Source: Cenococcum geophilum (taxonomy: Eukaryota). From it: a stretch of DNA of 64,000 bases. The position numbers and the translations under genes were made by a program. Shown in pieces: positions 36,658-49,250 of the stretch (positions within the stretch are counted from its first letter, which is position 1; each line of letters begins with the position of its first letter). The notes under the pieces were generated by a model. That model was not told where the DNA came from and ran no database searches. It saw nothing but the letters and a program-made list of their open reading frames with translations. The stretch is taken from positions 2,666,001-2,730,000 of the forward strand of contig CP158636.1 in assembly GCA_050273025.1 (NCBI GenBank), read 5' to 3'.

Positions 36658-39196
36658 TGTAACGGAATCCCCTAGAAGGTACATATTAGATAAGATAGTA
36701 AGAGGTTTTATCTATGTTCTATCTACGTCCTGTTAGCGACTTAGTCAATCGAGGTACGAGCACGGCAAGAGGGACGCGCAAGCCTATACGATTGGTAGCC
36801 TATAAATGAGGATCTAAAGCTAGAAAAAGGGAAGGAGACGGAGGGCGGCGCCGCTTAACATTATATACAATCCCCCGGTCACGTGACGGTAATTATCTAA
36901 AACTGTGTAAAACTATCTGCGACTGTCCGCTATAATCCACTAGTTTTTACTAATATTCACTAGTTTCCACCAGCGCTATAACATTACCCCTCCCTCTAAA
37001 AAAAAGCCTGCCCTTAGGCTTTATACATCCGTATTATATCTATAGAGTATTCTTATCTTTATACTTAATAGGCAGCTTATTATCTTCGCTATTTTAGTAC
37101 TCTATTTACTTATTAAGGTACTTTAGGGGTCTAGGTTTGTTAGGGTAATAACTATAAAACTTTTAAAGCTTATAGGGACCACCTATAAAGTTCTATATAG
37201 GGTACTAAGTAGGATCTAAGTTATACCCTTTCTAACTAATATAATATTTTAATATTCCCCTTATAAACTTATAGGCTAGTATTTCTTTAATTTTTTATTT
37301 ATTATTACTATTAACTTAGATTAATAGGGGAAGTTAATTTATTTTATTTAGGTAATAAGTTATTTATAGCTTTCTATAGTTTATCTAGAAAGAAAATAGG
37401 GTAAACTTTAATTAAATTTAGGAGCTTTACTTTATATAAGTTGCCTATTTTCTTAGGGACCTTATACGGTCTTACTATCTAATAGTCTAGCTTACGGCTA
37501 AGTTATTCCATTTTTTTTAGTTTTTTATTATAACCTAAACTATATCTTCTATAGTAAAGTTAGGCTCTTATCTATGCTTATTCGCCTACTATTATATTAA
37601 TTTTTAGGCCTTTTTTAAATTTATACAGGCTACCGTTTAGGCTTCTTCTAAGCACTTAGCGTACTGCCGTGCTTTCTTATAAGATAGTTTTTCGCGTATA
37701 GTTTAGGGCCCTTCTAGTCTTTCCTAGTTAAAGCTTATATAGGGTAAGTAACCTATTTCTAATTAAATAGAGATCTAAAGCTAAAGAAAGGGAAGGAGAT
37801 AAAGGGTAGCGCCGCTTAACGTTATATATAATCCCCTAGTTACGTAATAGCAATTATTTAAAACTATATAAAACTATCTGCAACTATCTATAACTATCTA
37901 TAACTATCTATAACTATCCGCTATAATTTACTAATATTCATTAGCTATAATCTACTAGTTTTTACTAATATCCACCAGTTTCTACTAGCGCCGTAATACG
38001 TCCTAAAAGATATAGTTAGATAGATAAGGGGTAAAGGGGTTTACTAGCGTCTTAGAAGGATTATATAGGGAGCTAGTTCTCCTCTAGAGAAGAACTAGCA
38101 ATTAGTCTCTAAATAAAAAAGGTTAAAAAGTATTTATCTTTTATTATATAAAGCTTATTCTACCTTAACTTATCTTCTACTTACTTACAACTCTTATTCT
38201 ATACTATTAATTAGATAATTATACATTCTAATTAAACTAGCCTCTTATAATTTTAATTGCATAATCTATTATGGAGGGAATGTACGGCTATTAATTAACA
38301 ATAACGGGCTATACCTCCTTACCCCCTAAAATAATACCCTTACTATAAGAGGCTGATAAAGTCTCCCTAGAGAAGTGCATCCCTTTTACTTATAAAGGAG
38401 TAGACTAGAAAGCTATAGCTAGTCTATTTAACCTTATAAGACCCTTAGGAATAATTACTGCTAAGGAGTTATTAAAGCGGTTACTATATAAGACCTTATA
38501 AAAATAAAGGAGTTAGAGATATAATTAAGATAAGTATATTAAGACTACTAAGAACAACTATAAGGATAATTAGAAGAAGTATAGATACCCTAAACATGAA
38601 GCGGACTTAAAGGGGTAACGCTATACTACGCTATAACATTAGAAAAACCTAAATTTTATATAAAGGAACCTAATAAGTATAATAGTAATAGTCTCTAAAA
38701 CTATAATTGTTTTATCCGTTAATATAAAACTAAATTTTAGCTAAACCTAAAACATTACTCTAATAAGTATAATTAGATACTAATTGCTTTTACCTTCCTA
38801 TATAGTACCGTTAAGAGTTTATAGATATACTATAAGAAGAAACTTACCACACGCCTTAAATTTAGCGAACTTAAGTTTTAGTTAGTTAATTAGGTCTAAG
38901 ACCCTACTAATTAAGGGATAGATTATAACTAGTAATACTATAACGCCAAATAGTAAGAAGGCTAGAGTGTAGTCTAGTTTATAAACTACTTAGAAGAGCT
39001 AGAAGATAATATACCCTACTTAAACCTATGGGATAACGCTATATAACTCTACTAGCTACTTACTAAGTTATAACCTAAAATTTAATAAGCTATATAAGAA
39101 AAGGGTAAAATTCCTACCTCTTAAAAAAAGCTTATCTTTAAAGCTACTTAAATTAAGAATACTAAAAGAGACTATCTAGGTAAGCGAAAGAAAATA
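36658..39196 (+). mobile_element. Gypsy A2: 5' LTR (36658-38249, interrupted by F) plus truncated gag
   Basis: Matches the A1 LTR and A1 338-1266; similarity stops abruptly at ~39196. Confidence 0.9.
36731..37998 (-). mobile_element. Internally deleted chromovirus F (1.27 kb)
   Basis: TSD CGTCC (36726-30 / 37999-38003); complete 3' LTR 36731-36983 with PPT; integrase tail/chromodomain remnant; partial second LTR ~37765-37998. Confidence 0.88.
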
Positions 39197-39714
39197 TACC
39201 TATTAAAGAACTGCCTAAACTAATTTTTATTTATAGGTATAATGGGCAGATAGGGCCACCTATTATAACTATCTTATAGATTTACCTCCGTATTAATAGA
39301 CGAAGGTAGTATAATATCCCCTTACTTATTACAGACCTAGGTAGCTATAATATAATTTTAGGGTAAAAATAGCTAGCCTATTTAGGCTTATAGCTTAATA
39401 TATAGAGTAAACGGCTTATCTAGCCTAAAACCCTACCCCTAACCCCTTTCTTTATAAAAGAAATTAGTATTATAATAGAAAACCTTATATAGCCCTAGAT
39501 TGGTACTATTTGCTAGGCTAATACTATATATAGAGGCTAGGCCTTTAAGAAAGATATATAGCTTAATTTATAACAGATCTGTATACTATATTGCCCCTAA
39601 ACTACTTATATTATACTACCCGCATTAAAGACCTAGGAAGTTAGTAGTAACCTAAAAAAGCCCCTTATAGAGAGCTTAGGCCCTATATAGCTACAAAAAA
39701 TAGTAAAGGACGTT

Positions 39715-41528
39715 TTAATTTAATTTAATTTTTTTATATCCATTATATTGTACTACGTATAATACTGCGCGTGCAGCCTCTAGGCTATGGCGCTATAGTT
39801 CTATATATATAAATCCTTTCTAGGCAGCCTAATATATACTAGTAGCTATGTCCTAGTAGTTTATAAACCTCTAAACTAGAGGTTTATTGCTCCCTAGTAA
39901 AATACTAGGTTACGACAACTATTAGGTAATATTAAAATAGTAAAAAAACGGTAAAAGAAACGGTAAAAGAATCCTAACGCCTGCCCCTGTATATTTTATA
40001 TTTTATTTCTATCCTTTTACTCATTACTGTCTATTTACTAGAAGTCTAGTAGGAGTTACCTCCTTCTAAAGCTTCTGCTTCCATTAGCCACTTTTTAGTA
40101 GCTATTTTTGTCTTACTTAGGAATAGGAAAAGCGCCTTTCTTTCTTTCTCTATATAAAAGAGCTTCTCTAGGGAGAGAGAAGAGCTTAGTTGTCTTTGCA
40201 TTTCTTTTCTCTCTCCCCAGTATAGTCTGCATTCTAGTAATAGGTGCTTAGGAGTCTGTATAGCTCTATAGTCCTTAAAGCATCTACCTTCTTTATCCTT
40301 CCCTATTGTCTTAGAAAAGGATTTAAAAAAGCCTTTTCCTAATTTTAGTTAAAATAAAGCTGATTATAACCTTTTAAGATATTTATCCTTAGGGGCTTTA
40401 AGAAATAAAGAGTAGTTTCCTCTAGAGATCCTAGTATAGTGTTTTCCTTTGTTTTTTTTCTATTGCTAGTTGCTTTTCTACTATTCTAGTATTTTTTCTC
40501 TTACTGCTCTCCCTATATAGGCTAGGGATATATAAGAAGATTATATTTTTCTTTTAGAGAGGCCCTTTTTAGCTAGTTTATTTGCTATTTCATTTCTATA
40601 GATTCCTAGGTGGCTAGGAACCCAGTAAAAGTTAATAAAGATATTCTTACTAGCTAGATAAGAGCAGCTTTGCGTAATTTTAAAGACTAGTTCTTATCCC
40701 CCTATAAGAGAATTAAGCTATTGTCTGTATAAATAGAAGTTGTAAATAGTGTTACGCGCAGAGCGTATGCGGTAGGGGCTGTATAGCGTAGCGTAGGTCA
40801 CCTGACCACCTACGGCCCGATAGATAGTCCGACCTCAGCCCCCCCTATTTAGGCACCGCGATCCTTACGATCCTCTGCGAGCGAGAGAGAAGAAATCAAT
40901 TGAAACTAATTACCCCCCTACCGTGGTTCCAACAGCTATAATCTTTTAATAGCTGCTTGGCTATCTATAAAGATATAAACTTATTTCTCTTCTAGTCTTT
41001 ATTATTTTAGATATTCTAGGGCCCTATAGACTGCATAAAGTTTTACGTCTATAATTTCTATATAAGGCCCTAGATTCCAATTTATTGCGTATTTAATCCT
41101 ATTTTTCTCCCCTATTTTACATACGGCCACTATACTTAATTTACTATCTTTAGAGCCGTCTATATAGTATATATCTACTAGGTCCCATTCTAGGGATTCT
41201 TATAAATTTTCTATTAGTCTTAAATGTTCTTATATAGCTTCTTCTTTACTACCCCTAGAGATAGAAAAGAATGCAGAAATAGGGGGAGACTACGGTTTTT
41301 GCCAATCTAGAGAGATTCTCTCTATTTTCCAATTTTGAATTAGTTGCTAGACTCTAGAAGCTAAAGATAGTAGTTAAGTTTTTGGCTGTAAAAGGTGTCT
41401 TATAGTAGAGTTTTTAGGGCTAGAACTAGAACTAGAACTAGATACTAGTTCCTCCCTATCCTTATTAATCTCTTTTATATAGGCCTTCTTAATTACGTAG
41501 TTTTCTTTAAATTTTAGGATTCTTAATA
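39715..41528 (-). mobile_element. 5'-truncated LINE (Tad1-like) with RNase H and C-terminal zinc knuckle
   Basis: Minus strand FYWVPSHLGIYRNEIANKLAK (~40570-40630), YYIDGSK (~41152-41172), QTPKHLLLEC (~40228-40258). 3' tail of (TTAAA)n. Imperfect 11-bp TSD TAAAGGACGTT / TAAGGGACATT. Confidence 0.88.
40722..40934. mobile_element. 213-bp solo LTR inside the LINE
   Basis: TGT...ACA termini with perfect TSD GCTAT (40717-21 / 40935-39); GC-rich relative to flanks. Confidence 0.88.
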
Positions 41529-43221
41529 TAAGGGACATTAGATATTATACTAAATTAATAAATTAAAGGGATAACCTATAGAAGATAGAATAGGAGCTAA
41601 AAAAATTATAAACCCTAAACCGTAAAATACGGTCCGGAAAACGGCTATAAGGAAACTAGTAGACCTCCCACTAGTTAATATTTACTATATTAATACTATA
41701 GGATTCTACTAGAACTTAGTTTAGCTTAATACCATTACTATTACGGACGCTTTAAGTACAATATTACGACTACTAGGAGAGAAGTCGGGAGAAGCTAGTT
41801 AGTTAATTTAGGCACGGTCTAGAATAGAGCTAGTAGAACCATATAACGAGAAATAGTAGCTAAGGTTATATGACGTTATATACAGTGTATAAAGTATATA
41901 AGAGGAATACACGTATAATACGTATAACACGTACTTTACGTATAAAGGGGATTTCTTAGGAGTACGGTTGTGTATTTAAAGGACCACAGTCCCTACCTAG
42001 ATAGTTCTCTCCTTTGTAGTAAATCTTAGAATATAATTAGAGTTAATCTATTAGGCGACTACTCTACTAGTTATTATTATATTGTTAACTATTCTATACC
42101 TATATACCCAGCCTATTAATAAGTCTACCGTAGTTTCTGCTATAAGGCTTCGCTATATATTTACTACCAAGGTTACAGTAAAAACAGTTAAATAATATAC
42201 CACTAAAAGCACCAGCCATAACGATGCCGTTAATGGCAGCAACTATATTAAGATTAGGTAATAATACCAATATAGCAGAAGATACTAACTCTTAGCTAGT
42301 TACCGTTGGACAGCTATAGGAAATAGTTAATTAATTAATAGACAATAATAAAATACTTAAAGAAAGGATTAGTGGGATTGGAGCAGCTAAGGTTAAGTTA
42401 CCCTTAATTAAGCGATTCTTAGGAGAAAGGTTAAAGCTTAAGGGATTCCTTACGCAAATGCACTTTAAAGTTACGTAAAAGGGAGTTAAACTAGGAACGC
42501 CTATAGATTAAGTTACTTACGTAGGATTATTTTTAACGGAAAGGGCACTTAAGTAGTTTAAACCTTACCTTACGGAAATATAAGAATACGGTATAACGAC
42601 TAATAACTAGGAGGTCCGGTATATATTCTTAAGTTAAAATAGGTTCGCGAAACGGCTAACGCAGATATTTAAAGACCTAGAGGTAACCATAATGGCGGAA
42701 AAAAAGCTTTAAAACCTAGTATAGAAGACTTTAGCAATTAAGTATACGATATAGTTTTAAATATTAGTAATATAGGTTAAATGGAATAATAAAGCGCTTA
42801 TAGCATAGTATAAACAAGGACTTAAGGCAAAAGTCTAGGATATAATTATTCTAATAGAAGATGCGGATACTCTTAAGAATTTAATTAACTAAGTAATTAA
42901 AATCAATAATAGGATCTACTAAAGAGAGCAAACTAAGAAGGGTTAGGATAAAGTTTTATAGTTATATAAGGCGTAGAGTACACAGCAATAAAATTAAAGT
43001 TAAAAACTATAGTATAGCGCAGAGCTAATAAACTTAAGTAGTACTAAAGAAAATAAGAAATAGAATAAACGACTATAGAAGCCCAGAGGACAAGGTTTAA
43101 GTAATTAAAGGTTTAAGAAGTAGAGGCTAAACCAGGGATCTTAATAGCAGAAGATGTTTAGGCGGACTCTATAGCCAAAAAATGGTTTAAAAAAGGAGCT
43201 TATATAAATTGCGGAAAATAA

Positions 43222-43365
43222 GGTTACTATATTAAAGACTATAAAAGTAGTTAAGGTTACTATATTAAAGACTATAAGAGTAGTTAAGGTTACTATATTA
43301 AAGACTATAAGAGTAGTTAAGGTTACTATATTAAAGACTATAAGAGTAGTTAAGGTTACTATATA
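43222..43365 (+). repeat. 33-bp tandem repeat (4 full copies plus a partial) in the D2 gag zinc knuckle
   Basis: GGTTACTATATTAAAGACTATAA(G/A)AGTAGTTAA at 43222, 43255, 43288 and 43321; single copy in D1 and D3. Confidence 0.92.
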
Positions 43366-46300
43366 GTAAAAGGAATAAGATTAGTAGAAGACATATACGT
43401 ATAAAGGGATAATAGTGTACTATAAGAAATAAAAGAATGTTTAATTAACAGTTTCGCGTTTTGTTATAACAACGCATGCCAAATTTATAAGGACGCTAAG
43501 TATAGTATAAGCTATTAGCTATAGGAGCTAAAATTATTAGAGTTTAAAGGAATTAATAAATTAGTTTGTAGATTGGACATTAAGGATAATAAGTTTAATA
43601 TAGGCAAAACATTTTATAATAATAAGGTAATAGAGATAGCTTACTAGGAGTATATGGACCTTAAAGATGTTATATAAGAGGTAGAGAATAATTCCACTAT
43701 AAAATAGGAAATATTAGTTAGGATTAAGACCCTACTAAACACAATGTCTATCGCTTCGCAAGACGTAAAAAAAGTAGGATAGTAAACTACTTTAGCACTT
43801 AATAAAGGCAAAAGGCTAAAAGCTTAAGATTCTTAAGATAAAATAAGGTAAGCTTAAGGACCTATAACGGATAATAACTGATAAAGCAGAGTAACGGCTT
43901 AGTTTAGTAATATATAAATAAGCTTAGGACGAAGTTTCCTAAGAATATAAGACTCTTAAGATAAGATAAGTAAAAATTAAAACTCTTAAGACGAGATAAG
44001 GACACTAGTAAAGCCTAATTAGACTAAGGCTAGAGTAAAGCTTAAGATAGAAGTAAGCTTAGGATTAAGAATCTTATAGGATTAAGATTTCCAGAAATAA
44101 ATAAGGACTACTAAAGAAATTGCGAATAGAATCCAGCAATAGGATTAATACGCCGATACTAAGATTAAGAAGTAAGAAGACTTTAAGAATCTATCTATAA
44201 AACGCAAACTAAAAGAAACTATAGAAGAATTTAAACGAATAATTATTATATAGTAAGAATAGAAACTAAATAAGAGATTTAGTATACTAGGACGTATAAA
44301 GGATATAGCACTAGTATAAAGGATTACTAATAGGCCTAGAGTAGGTATACTAAAAGCTAAATAGCTTACTAAACTGGAAAATAAAGAGGATTTAGGGATC
44401 CCTACTAGATTTAAAGAACGATATATAAAGGGCTATTATAATATAGTAATAAGAAGATACTTCCTTATAGATAAGCCGTATATACTCTAGTAGCTATACT
44501 AAAAGTAGTATAGGCAACGACATAATAATAAGTGGGAAGATTTCTATATATAGTTAGATAAATAAGTTATCCAGGACTACCTAATTATAGAAAAGGCCAT
44601 AACTTATATTAAAGGAGCCTTAATTATAACGTTAAAGGACCTAGAGGAACGATTAGAGGACTAAAGGAGCGAGAGACGTATCTTAGTACCTGCGAATAAA
44701 GTTATAACATTTAGATTAACATAGTAAAGGTTTAAACTTAAAGATAAAGACGAATTAAGAGTTAACCTAAAGCACCTAGCGCACTATACGCTATTATAGA
44801 TTGTATATATGGATAATATATGCAAAATGCACAAGAACCCAAAAGAAAAGAATTGGAAATACCCTATAAGGATATATTAGGCGCTAGATAAGCATTAGTA
44901 TAGGAATACTAAGTATATATATAGCTGGCATCCAATAAAAGTTTAAGAAGAAGGAGATTTAATACTTTAACTAGGAAGATTCCTTATAAGAAAATGCTTA
45001 GACGGATAATAGTAGTGGGAATGCCTAGAAAACACGTATCTATAGTATATTAAAGATAAAAAGCGAACTAGGTATTGGCTAAAGGATAAGCCAAATATAA
45101 CAGGATTAAGCAGCTAATAATTAGGAAAAGTAGAGGCCTATAGAACTAGAGAAAGCCAGTAGTAGAGCCTTAAACCCTTAAAGGAATTTAAGAATAATAT
45201 CTAAATTTATAAGTTAATTAGCAAGATTAGCAGTTTAAAGCGCTAATAAATAGTAGAGCAACGCGGAACTATATCTTACTAATAGTAGTTAAAAGAATAG
45301 GACTACCTTATAGACAGAAGGAATAACCTTACCTATTAGTTATAATTTTAGGAGATTTAATAGCCTATAGAGAAGGGATTATTAATCTTAAAATAGGACC
45401 TATTTAAATAACCATTAAAGGAAGACGAATTAAGATGTCTTTTAATATCCTACCATTAGGACGGGATAAGGCAGTATTAGGAATGCCTTAGTTATAAAAA
45501 TATAACCTAAAGATCGATTAGATTATAGGCCAGGTTAATATTAAAGATACTTAACGCTATAAAATATAATAGCAAAGTAAGTTAGTATAATACTAAGTCG
45601 GAGCGATATATAAAGAGACTAAGCGAGGCTTAAGCTACGTACTAAAAAGATACTATAAGTATAGCAAAAAACTATGGAGCCTAGAAAGTAAAAAGCTGGT
45701 AGATTACGTAGTATAGAACTATAAGATAGAGTTAAAACCAAAAATAAGCCTAAGGTTCTTTCTAGCCTATAAGCTTACTTAAGAGGAGGCGAGCGTACTT
45801 AAAGAGTTTATCTAGGAGAACTTATAAAGGGATATATTAGACTATTATAGTTATTAGCAGGTTATCTAGTACTATTTATACTAAATTTTTTAGAAAACTT
45901 AGGTTATATATTAACTATAGGTAGTTAAATAGCATCACTTAAAAGAATAGGTATCCTTTAATTACCCTTAATTAGCGAAATTTAAGACCAGATAGGCAAT
46001 GCGCAAATCTTTATAAAGATAGATCTAAGATAGGCGTACCATTAGATTAAAATTAAGGAAGGCGATAAATAAAAGGCAGCCTTTAGATTAAAAGAAGGAC
46101 TATATAAACTATTAGTTATATAATTCGGATTAATAAATGCACCTATAATATTTTAGAAAAGAATTAACAGTGTATTAGGAAAACACCTTAATGAGTTTGT
46201 TATAGTATACCTCGATAATATTATTATCTACTTAATAACTAAGGAAGAATACGGGGAATACGTTAAATAGGTCTTAAAGAGACTATAGGAAGAACAAATA

Positions 46301-48559
46301 CTAGTAGTAATCAAGAAATACAAGTTCTTTACTAGGAAGACTAATTTTATTAGATTTATTATTAAACTAGGTCACATTAGTATAGACCTAAAGAAGATTA
46401 AAGCTATAGTGAGTTAGCAAGAACTAGAGAACGTAACGCAGTTAAGGTCGTTCTTAGGGTTTTGCAACTACTATTAAAGGTTTATAGCATAATAGTTAAA
46501 AAAAACATTAAACCGTTTACTAGGCTTATAAAGAAAGAGGAACTATAGGTATAGGGAGACGAATAAAGAAAGTTATTTAAAGAACTTAAGGAGTTATTTA
46601 CCCAGGAGCTAATCCTTAAAATCTATTAACTAGGACTAGATACGGTTGTAAAAACAGACGCATTAAACTATATACTAGGAGTATACTTACTATAGAAGTA
46701 TAAGGACGCATAGCATCCAATAGTATACTATAGTTAGAAAATAACACTACTAGAGTTAAACTATAACGTCTATAATAAGGAGTTGTTAAGTATAGTTACA
46801 GTACTTAAGGAATAAAGAGCATTCTTATAAGGCGCAGAGAAACTATTTATAGTTAAGACAGATTATAAAAACCTAACGGGGTTCCTAATAACAAAAGAAC
46901 TTAATTAAAGACAAGTTAGATAGGCAAAAATGCTTACAGAATACTATTTTAAAATTTAGTATACTAAAGGGACTAAGAATATAAAGGCAGATACACTTAG
47001 TAAAAAAGCCGAACTATAGAATAATGAGAAACCATTAGGAGTAATACTACGCAAAAACAGTGACGGATTAATTAGATATAATTATCCTAAGCTAGCAGCA
47101 ACTTAAGAGGATAACGAATTAGGGAAAGTCTATAAAATATTAGAGAGCTTTTAGGTATAAAGGATCTTTAAGGCATAACTAGAAGAATAGTTAGAATATT
47201 TAGGGGAAGAAATACTGTATAAGTATAGAGAAGTAAAGTATATCCTAAGAAGCATAGTAGAACATTTTATAGAAGATTGCTATAAGGGAATAACTTAAGG
47301 ACACAACGGAGCAATAGGCTTAGTGTTAAGACTTTAAGAAGAATATATTATTAATAGAATCTAGAGTATCGTAAAAAAAGTAATAAAGGAGTATTTAGAT
47401 TGCTAAAGAAATAAACTAATAAGGCATAAGCTATATAGAGGGCTACAACCTATTAAAACACTAGAGAGACTATAGGAGGTTATCTTATAGGACTTTATTA
47501 TAAAGTTACTAAAGTTAAGAGATCTTATTACCGGATAGGATTATAACGTAATTCTAGTAATAGTAGACAAGTTAACTAAATAGGGCTACTTTATAGCATA
47601 CACAGAAGAAATATTAGTAGAGGATATCACTAGAATCTATATTAAAGAAGTGTTTATAAGACATAAAGCACTAAGTAAAATTATATTAGATAGAGATCTA
47701 AGATTTATAGCAGCATTTTAGGAAGTATTCTTAGCAAAATAAGAAGTTTAAGTAGTAACTTCCATTGCATATTACCCGTAGACAGACGGTTAAATAAAAA
47801 GATTAAATTAGACGCTAGAGCAGTATCTAAGGCATTATATTAATTATGCATAGAATAATTAGGTATCGTTATTACTAGTTATACGGTTTATATATAATAT
47901 AACACTATAAAAAGAAATAGGCATATTATTATTTAAGGCAAATTATGGATATAAGCTAAGAATATTATTATTACTATAATAAGTAAAGAAAACAAGTAGC
48001 ACAGCTAAAGAAAGGATAAAGATGTTAATAAATCTTTATATAGACCTTATGGAATTAATAAAGAAAGTATAAAAAAGAATAAAAAAGTACTATAATACTA
48101 AGAGATCTAAGGGACCAGATCTTAAGGAGGGAGATAAAGTATAGCTACTATATAAAAACTTTAAGAGTAGACAACTAAGTAAGAAGTTAGACTACGTTAG
48201 ACTAGGACCTTTTAAAATTATATAAAGGATTTTACCGGTTATATTTAAGTTAAACCTACTAGCTAAGATAAAGATCTACCCTATACAGCATATTATAATA
48301 CTAGAACTAGTATATAGGAATATTAAGCCACTAGTTTACAAGGCGGACATATATAGAGAATAGGAAGAAAATAAATAGTAAGTTTTAAAGATTATTAGTT
48401 ATAAGAATATAGATGACGAAATATAGTATAAAATTAAGTAGATAGGCTATACTAAGACTACCTAAGAACCACTAGAGAATCTAAAGAACGCTATAAGAAA
48501 GGTAAAGGAGTATTAGAAGAGATTAGGTTAGGCAGCATTAATAAAAAATAATCGCTAAA

Positions 48560-49152
48560 AAATAAGTCACCTAAGGGGGACCTAAGAAGAGTAGTTGCTA
48601 AACTACTTAGATCTATTTCTTTCCCGGCTAAAAGAGAATCTATTTTTTTATTACTAAGTTCCTATAAACCTTATTTTATACGTTTTTACTCCTTAAAATA
48701 AACCTTCTTATAAATCTTTTTAAGACGGAGTAACTAAGCGGACGCTGTAATTTAAGCTTTTAGGGCCTTCTGCTTTATATTATAAGAACGTTTTAGCTTA
48801 GTAAGAGCCTAAAATAGTTTACTATCTAGCTATATAGTAGCAGATTAAATATAAAACCCTAAAACAAATTAGTTAAGGAACTAGACGACTATTAAGAGTA
48901 ATAGGTTGTGTATATTTAGCATTAAAGATAGAGCGAACGTTACAGGACGAATAAATATTTACTTTAGTGCACTCTAAGTAAGAGGATAGTTATTATAAAG
49001 ATAGACTTACTAACGCAATATAGACTAACCCCTCTTTTAAATAATAAGAATATAGAGACGATATAATCTTACTAAAAGACAATATCGCAGCAATAGTATA
49101 AGCACGACGTTGCGCCTATAAAGAAGAAGGAACTTTAGGTATAATAAGCAAC
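48560..49152 (-). pseudogene. Antisense Zn2Cys6-like ORF remnant of D2
   Basis: Homologous to 28723-29330; reads YSYYLKEGLVYIALVSLSL**LSSYLECTKVNIYSSCNVRS. Confidence 0.6.
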
Positions 49153-49250
49153 AATATTAACTAAATTAATTAGACGGACATTATACCTCTAGTAAATAAC
49201 TTAGAGATATTTAGGATCTTTAAGAATAAAGATAAAAAGGAGGGAGATAG

